A stretch of 63,176 bases of DNA, filler included. It is 3 parts of 3 records of this genome, joined end to end, with 100 filler letters (N's around TTAATTAATTAA, not from the genome) between each part and the next. Parts side by side here need not be neighbours in the genome. Positions count along the whole stretch, not along the records: positions 27,076 to 55,520 come from SRR2962707_775; positions 55,621 to 63,176 come from SRR2962707_799; 1 more part is not named here. The stretch is one strand, 5' to 3'. The notes below the pieces were generated by a model. That model was given only the letters and a program-made list of their open reading frames with translations, was not told the origin of the DNA and did not search any database. A program made the translations under genes and the position numbers. Shown piece after piece: positions 47,703 through 56,944 of the stretch. Each line of letters starts with the position of its first letter. Positions within the stretch are counted from its first letter, which is position 1.

Positions 47703-48698
47703 GTGAAAACTTTGGTTTGCAAAAGTGCCAATTCACTCATGCTTGAAGACGTGGCAGAGCCCACTTTTCCAACAGATTGGGTGCCGTTTGACGTCCTTCG
47801 GGTTGGGATTTGCGGGACGGACTACCACATCTATGGCGGTAAACAGCCCTTTCTGAACTATCCGCGTGTGATGGGGCACGAAGTCTCTGGCCGGGTCAGT
47901 GACGACTACACTGGTCAGGCTTTTTTCAAAGGGGATCTGGTCATCGCTAACCCCTATCTGTCATGCGGCACGTGCCACGCCTGCGCGATGGGGAAAAGAA
48001 ACTGTTGCGAGCAGATTAGCGTCATTGGCGTCCATCGTGACGGGGCCATGACCGAACGTTTTGCTTTGCCTGCAGAGAACCTGATTAATGCCGCTGGGCT
48101 AACGCCTGATCAGGCGGCAATGGTCGAATTTCTGGCAATTGGCCGACACGCCGTCGCTCGAACCCAAGTCACAAAGAAGGCCAAAGCGTTGATCGTCGGC
48201 GCAGGCCCGATCGGGTTAGCCACTGCATTGTTTGCGCGGATCGACGGGTGTGATGTTACTGTCGCCGATGTTTCCGCGGAAAAACTCGCCATGGCTTCTG
48301 ATCGTTTTGGTTTTACCACCATCGATCTCTCAAAAGGGAACACAGAAGAACTGGCGCTGTCATTTACCCATGTCTTTGATGCCACCGGTAGTATCAAAGC
48401 TATGAATAACGGGCTGCAATTCGTGGCGCATGGAGGGACATATACGCTGGTTAGTGTGGTCAAAGACAACATCACTTTTGCGGATCCAGAATTCCACAAG
48501 AGAGAGACGACGCTGATTTCCAGTCGTAATGCACTCAGCGATGATTTCGAGTTCGTAATCAACGCGATCCGCGACGGGCACATCGATACAGACTTGATCA
48601 AGACACATGAAACGACGCTGGCCGGGGCAGTGACTGACCTGCCGAAATGGGCAGATGATCGTAACAGTGTGATCAAAGCCATCATTGAGGTTGCATAA
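47703..48698 (+). CDS. Zn-dependent dehydrogenase, L-galactonate 5-dehydrogenase (LgoD/YjjN)-like
   Basis: GICGTDYH, YPRVMGHE, C..C.AC..GKRNCC, GAGPIG, FADPEFHKRETTL.SSRNA. Confidence 0.8.
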   Translation: MKTLVCKSANSLMLEDVAEPTFPTDWVPFDVLRVGICGTDYHIYGGKQPFLNYPRVMGHEVSGRVSDDYTGQAFFKGDLVIANPYLSCGTCHACAMGKRNCCEQISVIGVHRDGAMTERFALPAENLINAAGLTPDQAAMVEFLAIGRHAVARTQVTKKAKALIVGAGPIGLATALFARIDGCDVTVADVSAEKLAMASDRFGFTTIDLSKGNTEELALSFTHVFDATGSIKAMNNGLQFVAHGGTYTLVSVVKDNITFADPEFHKRETTLISSRNALSDDFEFVINAIRDGHIDTDLIKTHETTLAGAVTDLPKWADDRNSVIKAIIEVA

Positions 48699-49786
48699 TG
48701 TTCCTTCAATTTGGAACCAGCCGTTTCCTGCAAGCACACGCTGATCTGATCATCTCTGAGGCATTGCCGCCCCGTCAGATCACTGTGGTTCAATCGAGCG
48801 GCCATAGCGACAGGGCGCACCGTTTGGCCCATCTCGCCGATCCTTCTGGCTATCCTGTACGCATTCAAGGACAGTCTGAGGGTGTTCTTGTCGACACAGA
48901 AAAGACCGTAACTTCCGTTCACAAAGCCATATCTTCGGCGACAGAATGGGACAGCGTTGTCGAAGAAGCCAAAAATTGTCTCTTCATTTTGTCAAACGTT
49001 TCCGAAGCAGGATACGCACCACAGTTGGCAGATGCGATGCCCAGCTTTGACAACGCCATGTCTTTTGTCGCCAAACTTACGCTTTTGCTCAAAGAGCGGC
49101 ATGCTGCGGGTGTTGGTCCTTGTACAATATTGCCGCTGGAGCTTTTTCCCGACAACGGCGCCAATCTGAAAAAACTCGTCCTTGCGCAAGCCGAAAGATG
49201 GGACGAACCGGCGGAGTTCCGGGATGCCATCAACGCGCATACTTGGGTGAATTCTTTGGTTGACCGGATCGTGTCGGAACCAATATCGCCAGTGGGGGCC
49301 ATAGCCGAGCCCTACTGTCTGTGGGCAATTCAGTCGGTTCCGGGCATGGACCTTCCTTTTGCACACCACTCGGCCGTAGAATTAACCGATGATCTTAAAG
49401 TTTTTGAACGGTTGAAGCTCTTTTTGCTCAACCTTTGCCATACCTATATGGCCGAAAATTGGAAACGCGACGCGATGGACGACGAGATGCTTGTCAAAGA
49501 GTATGTCGGGGATCCTACGTTATTGGCTGATCTGAATTCTATGATCCGGGCGGAAGTGCTTCCTGTCTTTGCGGCGGCCGGGCTTGGACCGCAGGCGGAA
49601 ACTTATTTCGAAGCGACGCTGGAGCGTTTTCAAAACCCGTTTCTGAAACACCGGATCAGCGATATTGCCAACGGGCATGCTGGCAAAGTCACCTCGCGGA
49701 TTGGGTCATTTCTGTTATGGGCGCACTCTGTTGATACTGCGCTGAAGGCCCCCAGCTTGTCGGCCATCCAACGGACCTACAGTTAA
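48698..49786 (+). CDS. Mannitol dehydrogenase family protein, tagaturonate reductase (UxaB)-like
   Basis: LQFGTSRFLQAH, LPLEL..DNG, NSLVDRIV, AEPY.LWAI, KLFLLN..HT, ERFQNPFLKHRISDI. Confidence 0.8.
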   Translation: MFLQFGTSRFLQAHADLIISEALPPRQITVVQSSGHSDRAHRLAHLADPSGYPVRIQGQSEGVLVDTEKTVTSVHKAISSATEWDSVVEEAKNCLFILSNVSEAGYAPQLADAMPSFDNAMSFVAKLTLLLKERHAAGVGPCTILPLELFPDNGANLKKLVLAQAERWDEPAEFRDAINAHTWVNSLVDRIVSEPISPVGAIAEPYCLWAIQSVPGMDLPFAHHSAVELTDDLKVFERLKLFLLNLCHTYMAENWKRDAMDDEMLVKEYVGDPTLLADLNSMIRAEVLPVFAAAGLGPQAETYFEATLERFQNPFLKHRISDIANGHAGKVTSRIGSFLLWAHSVDTALKAPSLSAIQRTYS

Positions 49787-50089
49787 TGCTGATGGGTGAA
49801 GTGGGACTGTTGCATTAATGGCCAACATTGGGGACGTTTGTGGGTTTTGAGACTGCCTATACCGCGCAGATCCTCATTTAAGTAGCAGCATGAACCGTTC
49901 CACCATATTGACACAAAATCGGCGGTAACCAATGGATGCAACAGTCCCTTTTTGAGGGCTTTTGGCGCGATCCAAAAGCCAATACTTTCTAAGTAAAATT
50001 GCACGATTCAGCCAGGTCAATACTCGTACAACAGCGTTCGAGATTCGACTCAATTGCGTGAAATCATCCAAAAATTTGGAAATTTTCTC

Positions 50090-50419
50090 TCCACCCAGTC
50101 TGCATCCCTAAGGAGAGCGGCCATCCGACGATATCCATAACGACCATGTCCGGCATTAGGCGGTCTGGGCTAACTCCTGCTTCAACCTGCGGTTTTCAGC
50201 TTCATGGTCAACTTTACCCGGCTGCGACGCCGGTTTCCCAAACAACTTCAGCCATTTGTACAGGGAACGCGCACTGACGCCTAAACGATGGAAAACCTCC
50301 CGCTGTAATCCGATTCATCGCATCCCGCTTGAAATTTTCGCTGTAGTTACTTGTCCCCATGTCGGCCTCCTTGCCTCAAAAACAGGGGCCAAAGCGTCTA
50401 CAAATCTAGGGGGCTCTCA
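50090..50419 (-). mobile_element. Degraded IS3-family remnant(s)
   Basis: Terminal TGAGAGCCCCCTAGATTTGTAGA ending at 50419; orfA start MGTSNYSENFKRDA (ATG 50360) with frameshifts; orfB-like fragment GRYGYRRMAALLRDADW near 50090-50150. Confidence 0.75.
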
Positions 50420-50792
50420 CTCGATTGATCTACCGAAGGTTTAGTGTTTTTTGGAAAAGGGGTCGATAGCTTTTTCCGAATGCAAAACCTGTGATGGGCG
50501 CACTCCCAACCTCAGTTGCCCTGTGGTGCTAACCTTGATGTGACAGAGGGATATGATCCGTAGTGAACTTGGGTCCAAGAGCCGCGGCCGTGATGCCGAG
50601 GCTTGGTGGCTGCATGCACGTGGAGTTTTCAGATCGTTGAAGACAGCGATCAGTTCCACTCGAATATCAGTTCCAAAATGTGGTTTCTAAATGGTTACCG
50701 TTTTCAAATTGTCGGACAATTTTTTTTCTTGCACCCACGCCAGGATTTGTGCCAAGAATTCACTCGCTGGATGCTGCAACATCTGGACGGAG

Positions 50793-51050
50793 CCGAAACA
50801 ACAAAACAAAACGTGTTTCGCCTCTGTTTCGCCTGTTTTCCTTTAAAAACATGCACTTAACCTTACCCGAAACAAGAAAACGCTAAAACAGCGTTAGTGC
50901 TAATGCGTGCGCGCGCGCGCGCGCGCGTGTGGGCACCCTGTTTTTTCTGTTTCTTTGTTTCGTTTAGAGTTAAGTATATGAAAGAAAATAGAAAATGCCG
51001 AAACAGAACCCGAAACAGAACCCGAAACGCTTAAAAATTGAGCGTTTCGG
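50793..51050. repeat. Bidirectional GAAAC/GTTTC repeat array with a central (GC)n tract; origin-like element
   Basis: Clusters of (C)GAAAC(A) alternate in orientation. A 12-bp tandem, CCGAAACAGAAC x2.6, lies at 50998-51028 and (GC)9G at 50909-50927. Confidence 0.75.
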
Positions 51051-51134
51051 CTCGACCTTAAGCACAAGTCGAAATGACCGACGGCGAAAAATACCCAACC
51101 TTCTGAAAAACAGATAAAAAAGGGGGTTTTTATT

Positions 51135-51470
51135 GTGTCCAAGATCAAAAACAGCATGGAAAAACTAGCGCGCGACGCGGCGCGGCGGTTGGACCTTGCC
51201 CGACAGCATGTCGAACAGCTGAACTTTTTGCAGGACGAGGCAGGCGCGCCGCCGGTGGACACAATCGAGGGCAAAGCGGGACGGCCCAACGGCGCGACCA
51301 ACAAGGGCCGCAACCAGATGACCGAGGAGGTGATTGTGGAAATCGCCGGGATCACCAGCTGCGACGACGCGATCACAGCGATGACAACATCGGACTGGGT
51401 TTTGACCTGGGCGCATGCTGGTGCAATGAACAACACAGGCGAGGAGATCAATATTCCCGGCGCGGCCTGA
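51135..51470 (+). CDS. Hypothetical protein, possibly a phage-derived remnant
   Basis: GTG start with RBS AAGGGGG. GRPNGATNK resembles the GRPxGxxNK motif of phage DNA-binding/terminase-small-like proteins. Confidence 0.5.
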   Translation: MSKIKNSMEKLARDAARRLDLARQHVEQLNFLQDEAGAPPVDTIEGKAGRPNGATNKGRNQMTEEVIVEIAGITSCDDAITAMTTSDWVLTWAHAGAMNNTGEEINIPGAA

Positions 51471-52248
51471 TCCGGCGGCATGTGTCATCAACGCGACGCC
51501 TCGACTGTTCGTCCCAAACATGCCCGTCGATGCCGTTGTCTAAATGCCGCAAAAACAAGGGCTTACAAGGCACCAAAACGCCGACTTGGATAGACGTGGC
51601 CGGACGGAATGACTAAGTCATTGAAGACATATAGAAAAATTGTAATAGCCCACTGATTGTGAATCAGTTTGTTGGGGCCGAACCTCGCCCCAAAGCAGGG
51701 GGGGCTTGTGCCTTATTGGGATCTCTGCCCCTCAGTCCGACCCCACACAGGGATCTCAATGCAATCAAGATAAAAGATTGAACGTGGAAATTGGTCCCTA
51801 AAAACGGGGTTTGGGGATGTATAGCACGCCAACCTTTGATCCGGGGCAGGGGACATGAACACGCGTCAGCCCAGCGGAACTGCTCATTTCAGATAATTTG
51901 AGCACTCGAGGGAAATCCGGCATTTTGACTTTGAGCGGAGCTAGGGCCTTAAAGGGCTCGAACAGGGGCGCTTGAGGGCTTTCTGCTGGGGCAGGGTAGC
52001 GAAGGCGTAGATTTCACCCCTCAGTGGCGCTGTACGTGCGTCTGGCGGGGGTTCCTAGCCCTGTCGGTTGCCGCGGCGGGGTGATGGGCGTCGTGCAGGC
52101 GGATATGAGAACGCTGATTTCTGGACTCGAACTCTATCTTGACCGTATGATCCCCTGGGCCTACGGGGTAGGCACAGGGGTTAGAATTTGATTTGTACTG
52201 GAATTTAGTATATATTGGTAAATTAAGGATTTGACGAGAGGCGTAACC

Positions 52249-52485
52249 ATGGCAAAGACAACAAGCATTTCTCTTGGAGATCACTTCACTGGCTTCATTG
52301 AGGCACAAGTTGCATCTGGTCGTTTTGGTTCCGCGAGCGAAGTTGTCAGGGCAGGGCTGCGATCCCTCGAAGAACGTGAAATCAAGCACCAAGCCTTGCA
52401 GAAGGCCATCACAGACGGCTTGAACAGTGGTATGGCCGAAGGTTTCAGCATGGACGATTTGCAGCGGGAATTGGACAACGAATAG
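52249..52485 (+). CDS. parD: Type II antitoxin, ParD family (ribbon-helix-helix)
   Basis: TSISLGDHF.GFIEAQVASGRFGSASEVVRAGLRSLEERE; acidic C-terminus. Confidence 0.92.
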   Translation: MAKTTSISLGDHFTGFIEAQVASGRFGSASEVVRAGLRSLEEREIKHQALQKAITDGLNSGMAEGFSMDDLQRELDNE

Positions 52486-52583
52486 TGTCCAAGTTCAAGG
52501 TCAGTAAGGCCGCAAATACCGATATCCGTGGCATTGCGAGATCAACTGCTTACAGACTGATCAAAGAAGCCAACCAACCGTAG
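52485..52583 (+). pseudogene. parE: Truncated ParE-like toxin, apparently fused to a resolvase-type HTH tail
   Basis: GTG overlaps the parD stop; reads MSKFKVSKAANTDIRGIAR then STAYRLIKEANQP* (32 aa). Confidence 0.7.
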
Positions 52584-52921
52584 TTGTTCCCATATTGTTC
52601 TGCCTTAACGGGGTTCTACGAACAAACCTTCCGATGGGGCCTGTAGGGTGACAAAAGAGGTCACGTGTGGTTTTATTGGTATTAGTTCCACATGATGGAA
52701 TCGGTTTGATTACAACAAGATAGGTAGATTTTTGCCCCCCCCTTCATTAAAGTTAGCCATATCCATCCTTTCTTTCCTTATTTTTTCATTTTTGTTCTTT
52801 GCACTACCATTTGCAACGAAGGGTATAATAAGCCCAATGATATCAATGTTCCTGTGTTTTGTGATTATCGTAATTTCTATTATTTCAATGATTGTTCAAT
52901 TTAAGAAATGGTAGAAGTAAA

Positions 52922-53403
52922 ATGGCAGGCCCGAATTACCCTTTTGGAACTGAGTTTGGAGAAGCCAGCCGTGCGGTAGACTCAGTGCAGCTTTTTGAAG
53001 ACACAAGCGGGAATGCTGTTGCTAAAATAGACGGAGATTTCGAGGTACCTGGGCCGCTTGACGTTTTTTAGATTGGTTTGATGGCCCTCTTGGTGACTTC
53101 GACATTACTGCAAAGGGTATCGTAGGTAATGGTGTTCATGGATTTTCAGCCGAGTTCTTAGGGAAACTTAAAAATACTATAGATGCAGTTAATGGTGACC
53201 TTCAATTAAGTGACAGTGCGGTTCAACTCGGTTCAATCACATTGGCTGCTTCGTTGAATACAGTTGGTGTAGAATTCACCGTAGACATACTTGCCCATTG
53301 CGACGAGAATTTTCTCAATGATATTGATTTCCAAGAAGGTTTTTCTGATGTTCAGGCTATTTCTGGCAAGTCAAGATTCAACATAATCTTCATTATCCGG
53401 TGA
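52922..53403 (+). pseudogene. AT-rich ORF frameshifted at a T6 run; function unknown
   Basis: MAGPNYPFGTEF...GPLDVF* stops within the T6 at about 53064-53069. Another frame continues open (LDWFDGPLGDF...NIIFIIR*) to 53403. Confidence 0.45.
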
Positions 53404-53416
53404 GTTGAGTATAGCC

Positions 53417-53910
53417 GGTGCGCGCTACTTTGAAGTGCGACTCCTATTAGAAACCAACGGGTTATCTCATGAGGAGAACATCGCATGGGAACGATTTATA
53501 CGCAACTTTCACTTCGGGAACACCGTCGGATCGAAGACTGGTGGCTCGCAAAAGTCCTTGTCGCCGAGATGGCGCGTGTCTTGAAGCGTCACAAGTCGAC
53601 GATCTTTCGCGAGATCAAACGCAACTTTTGGGCTGATGAAGCGTTCCCCAAAAAGTATGCTGGTTCCTTCGGCATGGCCGCACATCAACGCACTCTGCAA
53701 CGCAAACTGATCCGGCATCCAGAACTCTGCAAGGCAATGATCGCGCGCATCAAGCAAGGCTTGACACCAGAGCAAATCGGCAATCGGATGATCAATGAAG
53801 AGGCCAAACTACGCGTCTGTCAGTAAACGATTTATCGCTGCAGCTACTCCAAAGAAGGCATGGCGTAGGAACTGTGGTGGGATCTTCCCAAGCACCGTAA
53901 ATCCCGCCCC
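53417..53910 (+). mobile_element. IS30-family remnant (transposase pseudogene)
   Basis: YTQLSLRE.RRIE...MARVLKRHKSTIFREIKRN, LTPEQI, then RVCQ*TIYR...GMA*ELWW with in-frame stops; no DDE core. Confidence 0.85.
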
Positions 53911-54244
53911 TATCTGCAACTGACTCCAGATATGTTTGAATGGCGGCGTCGCTGAATTTCTGCTACGGATTTCGGTTCCCCTTTGTGGTGACGCCAAAAT
54001 CTCCTCCTAGTCATACCTGAGCGATATTGAACCGCCCCGTTTCAAACCGTCAATGTAAGACCCCCGATTCATGGTCTCGTAGTTTGTTGCGACCCACGGC
54101 TCACGGCCCTCAACTATCACGTTGGGTTCATACTGTGAGACCCAGCTGCCGATTGTACAACAATGTCCCCTGCCTTGCCAAAGCGTGGCTTGGCGAAGGC
54201 TAATGCAACAGCTCCACCTCGCCAGATCCAAAAATATCATTGCC

Positions 54245-54302
54245 TTGACACGTAATCATATCCATCTTTATATGATCTTGTTATTTGGTTGGTCGATCAA
54301 AT
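54245..54302 (+). promoter_or_regulatory. Sigma70-like promoter with putative TetR operator copy 4 (ATTTGGTTGGTCGATCAAAT, 54283-54302)
   Basis: TTGACA (54245-54250), N17, TTATAT; the operator sits just downstream, ahead of the ABC permease genes. Confidence 0.72.
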
Positions 54303-54329
54303 AAATAAATGCGCAGGAGGGGGAGCGAG

Positions 54330-55100
54330 ATGCAATCACCAGGCAAGAAATATACCGCGCAAGCAACTGTTATTGCTGCTCTCTTTAGCGTGTGGGCGAT
54401 GGCTGGTGCTGCCGACTTTCTGAATCCGGCAATTGTGCCACGTATCGAAAACGTGGCGAGCGCCCTCATCGAGGTGCTGTCACGGCCCGAGTTCTTTCCC
54501 GCGCTTTCGGCGACGCTATTTGACTCCGTCGCAGGCGTATTTCTGGCAACTGTGGTGGCGGTGCCGCTGGGGGTACTGATTGGGATGTTCCCTGGTGTTG
54601 AGCGCGCCACCCGCAAACTTTTGGATTTCGGCCGATCGTTTCCTGTCGTGGCGTTGATGCCGATATTCGTGCTGGTGATCGGGGCGAATTCAACGATGAA
54701 GATCACCATTACAGCTATCGCCTGTTTCTTCCCAATCCTTCTACAAACAGTCTATGGTGCGCGCCGTCTTGAGCCGACGATTGTCGACACCATTAAAAGC
54801 TATCGCATCCCGTTCGCGCTCCGCTTCTTTCACGTCATCCTGCCCGCTGCAGCGCCCTTCATCGCCACCGGGATACGCATCGCGATCTCGATCTCGATCT
54901 TGGTAAGTGTTGGAACGGAGGTGATTATTCAAATCACTGGCCTCGGCTCTCAGGTGAACTTTGCGCGCACTTACAACGAGGTCGACATCGCTTTTGCTTA
55001 CACACTTTACGCGGGCCTGCTTGGGGTCCTTCTGACAGCGGTTTGGGATCTGCTCGAAGGGCGCTTCCTGAGCTGGCACCATCGGTCAACGGCGGAATAA
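54330..55100 (+). CDS. ABC transporter permease, NitT/TauT/SsuC family
   Basis: Multiple TM segments; PLGVLIG, RSFPVVALMPI, FFPILLQTVYG, VILPAAAPFIATGIRI. Confidence 0.9.
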   Translation: MQSPGKKYTAQATVIAALFSVWAMAGAADFLNPAIVPRIENVASALIEVLSRPEFFPALSATLFDSVAGVFLATVVAVPLGVLIGMFPGVERATRKLLDFGRSFPVVALMPIFVLVIGANSTMKITITAIACFFPILLQTVYGARRLEPTIVDTIKSYRIPFALRFFHVILPAAAPFIATGIRIAISISILVSVGTEVIIQITGLGSQVNFARTYNEVDIAFAYTLYAGLLGVLLTAVWDLLEGRFLSWHHRSTAE

Positions 55101-55102
55101 CA

Positions 55103-55520
55103 ATGGCTAAGAATTTTTCACTCAAAAAGACCATCAAAACACAAGCCGAACAATGGTGGCTGCCCGTTGGGCTGATCCTTGTTTGGTGGGTGGCATCAGC
55201 GGGATCGACATCGTTCTATTTTCCGCCACTGAACAAGATCGTCGCGGCCCTCATTCGTGATCTTGCCTCAGGGGAGTTGCTGAAACACCTAGCGTTCAGC
55301 CTCACGAACATGGCGATCGGTTTGGGCTATGCCATGGTATTTGGCATTATCCTGGGCTTGCTTATCGGATATTTCAAAACGCTGAGGCAGGCGACGAGCC
55401 CCCTGTTGAATTTCTTCCGCTCGGTCCCAATCGCGGCCATCGTACCGATTGTGATCGTGGCAATGGGAACCGGCGCCGCGCCAAAGATTTTCATCATTGG
55501 GCTGGCCTGCTTCTGGCCGA
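55103..55520 (+). CDS. Second NitT/TauT-family ABC permease (3' partial)
   Basis: YFPPL..I, GIILGLLIG, FRSVPIAAIVP, ACFWP; runs into the contig end. Confidence 0.88.
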
Positions 55521-55620
55521 NNNNNNNNNNNNNNNNNNNNNNNNNNNNNNNNNNNNNNNNNNNNTTAATTAATTAANNNNNNNNNNNNNNNNNNNNNNNN
55601 NNNNNNNNNNNNNNNNNNNN
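55521..55620. other. Artificial contig linker
   Basis: 44 N + TTAATTAATTAA + 44 N. Confidence 0.97.
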
Positions 55621-55964
55621 TGGACGAGAACCGACAGTTCCTGTCATCACTGGCGCGCCTGGACAGCCTGGAATGGTTTACCGAAGGCGAAGCCCCCATG
55701 TCAGCCACCCAGTTGGTTGGCGAGATGGAAGTGCTGGTGCCCATGGCCGGTCTGATTGACAAGGATGCCGAACTCAAGCGACTGGACAAGGAACTGGAGC
55801 GACTGCAAAAAGAAGTTGGCCGACTGGAAGGAAAACTTGGCAACGAGAAATTCACTGCCAAGGCGCCCGCAGAGGTGGTAGAAAAAGAGAAGGAAAAGCT
55901 CAGCGATGCCCAGGGCAGCATGAGCCGGCTCAGCGAGCAGCGGGCCGCCATCGAGGCCATGTAA
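55621..55964 (+). CDS. valS: Valyl-tRNA synthetase, C-terminal part (5' partial)
   Basis: VPMAGLIDKDAELKRLDKE...KLGNEKFTAKAPAEVVEKEKEKL coiled-coil tRNA-binding arm. Confidence 0.93.
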
Positions 55965-55967
55965 CCC

Positions 55968-56912
55968 GTGGCCGAGGCAGGGAAGAATCAGGGTCTGTCC
56001 GGGAATGGCCGCATCGCCATTCTCGGAGCAGGCTCCATGGGCCAACTCTGGGCGGGCTACCTGCCCACCGGGACGGTAACGTTTATCCCTCGTCGCAAGG
56101 TTACCCCGGAAACAGGTAACCCCGCACTGACTTACACGTTCCGGCGGTTCGAAGGCCCGGAGGAAGTTGTCACAGTTCCCTGCCTGCTCGCCACCGAGGC
56201 ACCCCCCTCACTGTTGATGGTCACCACGAAGGCGGGCGATACGCTCGATGCCATTGAGTCCAACCTCCATTATGTTTCTCCGGACACCCCCATTGTCCTG
56301 TTCCAGAACGGCATGGGCTGCCAGCAAGCAGTCGCCGAGCGTTGGCCACAACGACCGATCCTGGCCGCCAGCACCACCGAAGGGGCGAACCGCCCAGCAC
56401 CAGGCTGCACAGTCCACGCCGGCAAAGGCGAAACCTGGGTTGGCCCATTAACCAAGAGTGCGACGACGCATCTGACGCAGGTAGTAACGGCGCTTGGCAC
56501 CAGCGGGTTAACGGTTCACGCAGAGCAAGACATTCAGAGGCGGCTGTGGGACAAACTGATCATCAATGCGGGTATCAATGCCTTTACGGCAATCCTCGAC
56601 TGCCCTAATGGTGACATCCTCACGGACCCGTTCTACCGGGAACACATCGATGAGTTGTGCGACGAAATCTCACAGGTGATGAAGGGTGATATCGGGAAAG
56701 CCCTGCCCTCAATCACGATTCGCAAACGCATCGAAACGGTTGCCCTCAAAACGGCGCGAAATACCTCATCCATGCGCAGCGACAGGCGGCGGGGCCGCCC
56801 AACCGAAATTGACTTTATCAATGGGTATATCGTCGGGCGCGGGCACGCGCTGGGCGTTGATGTTCCGACAAACCAGATGCTGACAAACCGTATTAAACAG
56901 CTATCGCCATAG
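55968..56912 (+). CDS. panE: Ketopantoate reductase (2-dehydropantoate 2-reductase)
   Basis: ILGAGSMG, VTTKA, FQNGMG, W.KL.INAGIN, SSM..D...GRPTEIDFING. Confidence 0.9.
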   Translation: MAEAGKNQGLSGNGRIAILGAGSMGQLWAGYLPTGTVTFIPRRKVTPETGNPALTYTFRRFEGPEEVVTVPCLLATEAPPSLLMVTTKAGDTLDAIESNLHYVSPDTPIVLFQNGMGCQQAVAERWPQRPILAASTTEGANRPAPGCTVHAGKGETWVGPLTKSATTHLTQVVTALGTSGLTVHAEQDIQRRLWDKLIINAGINAFTAILDCPNGDILTDPFYREHIDELCDEISQVMKGDIGKALPSITIRKRIETVALKTARNTSSMRSDRRRGRPTEIDFINGYIVGRGHALGVDVPTNQMLTNRIKQLSP

Positions 56913-56944
56913 ATGTCAGGAGCATACCATTCAGATCCCGAATG

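Noticed and set aside
48110-48922. 270-aa minus-strand ORF
   Set aside because: Antisense shadow of the two dehydrogenase genes.
50793-51050. CRISPR array
   Set aside because: Repeats are 5-12 bp, bidirectional and lack regular unique spacers; there are no cas genes in the window.
50900-51481. 193-aa minus-strand ORF
   Set aside because: Antisense to the RBS-supported 51135-51470 ORF, and it translates simple repeats (SVSGSVSG, ARARAR).
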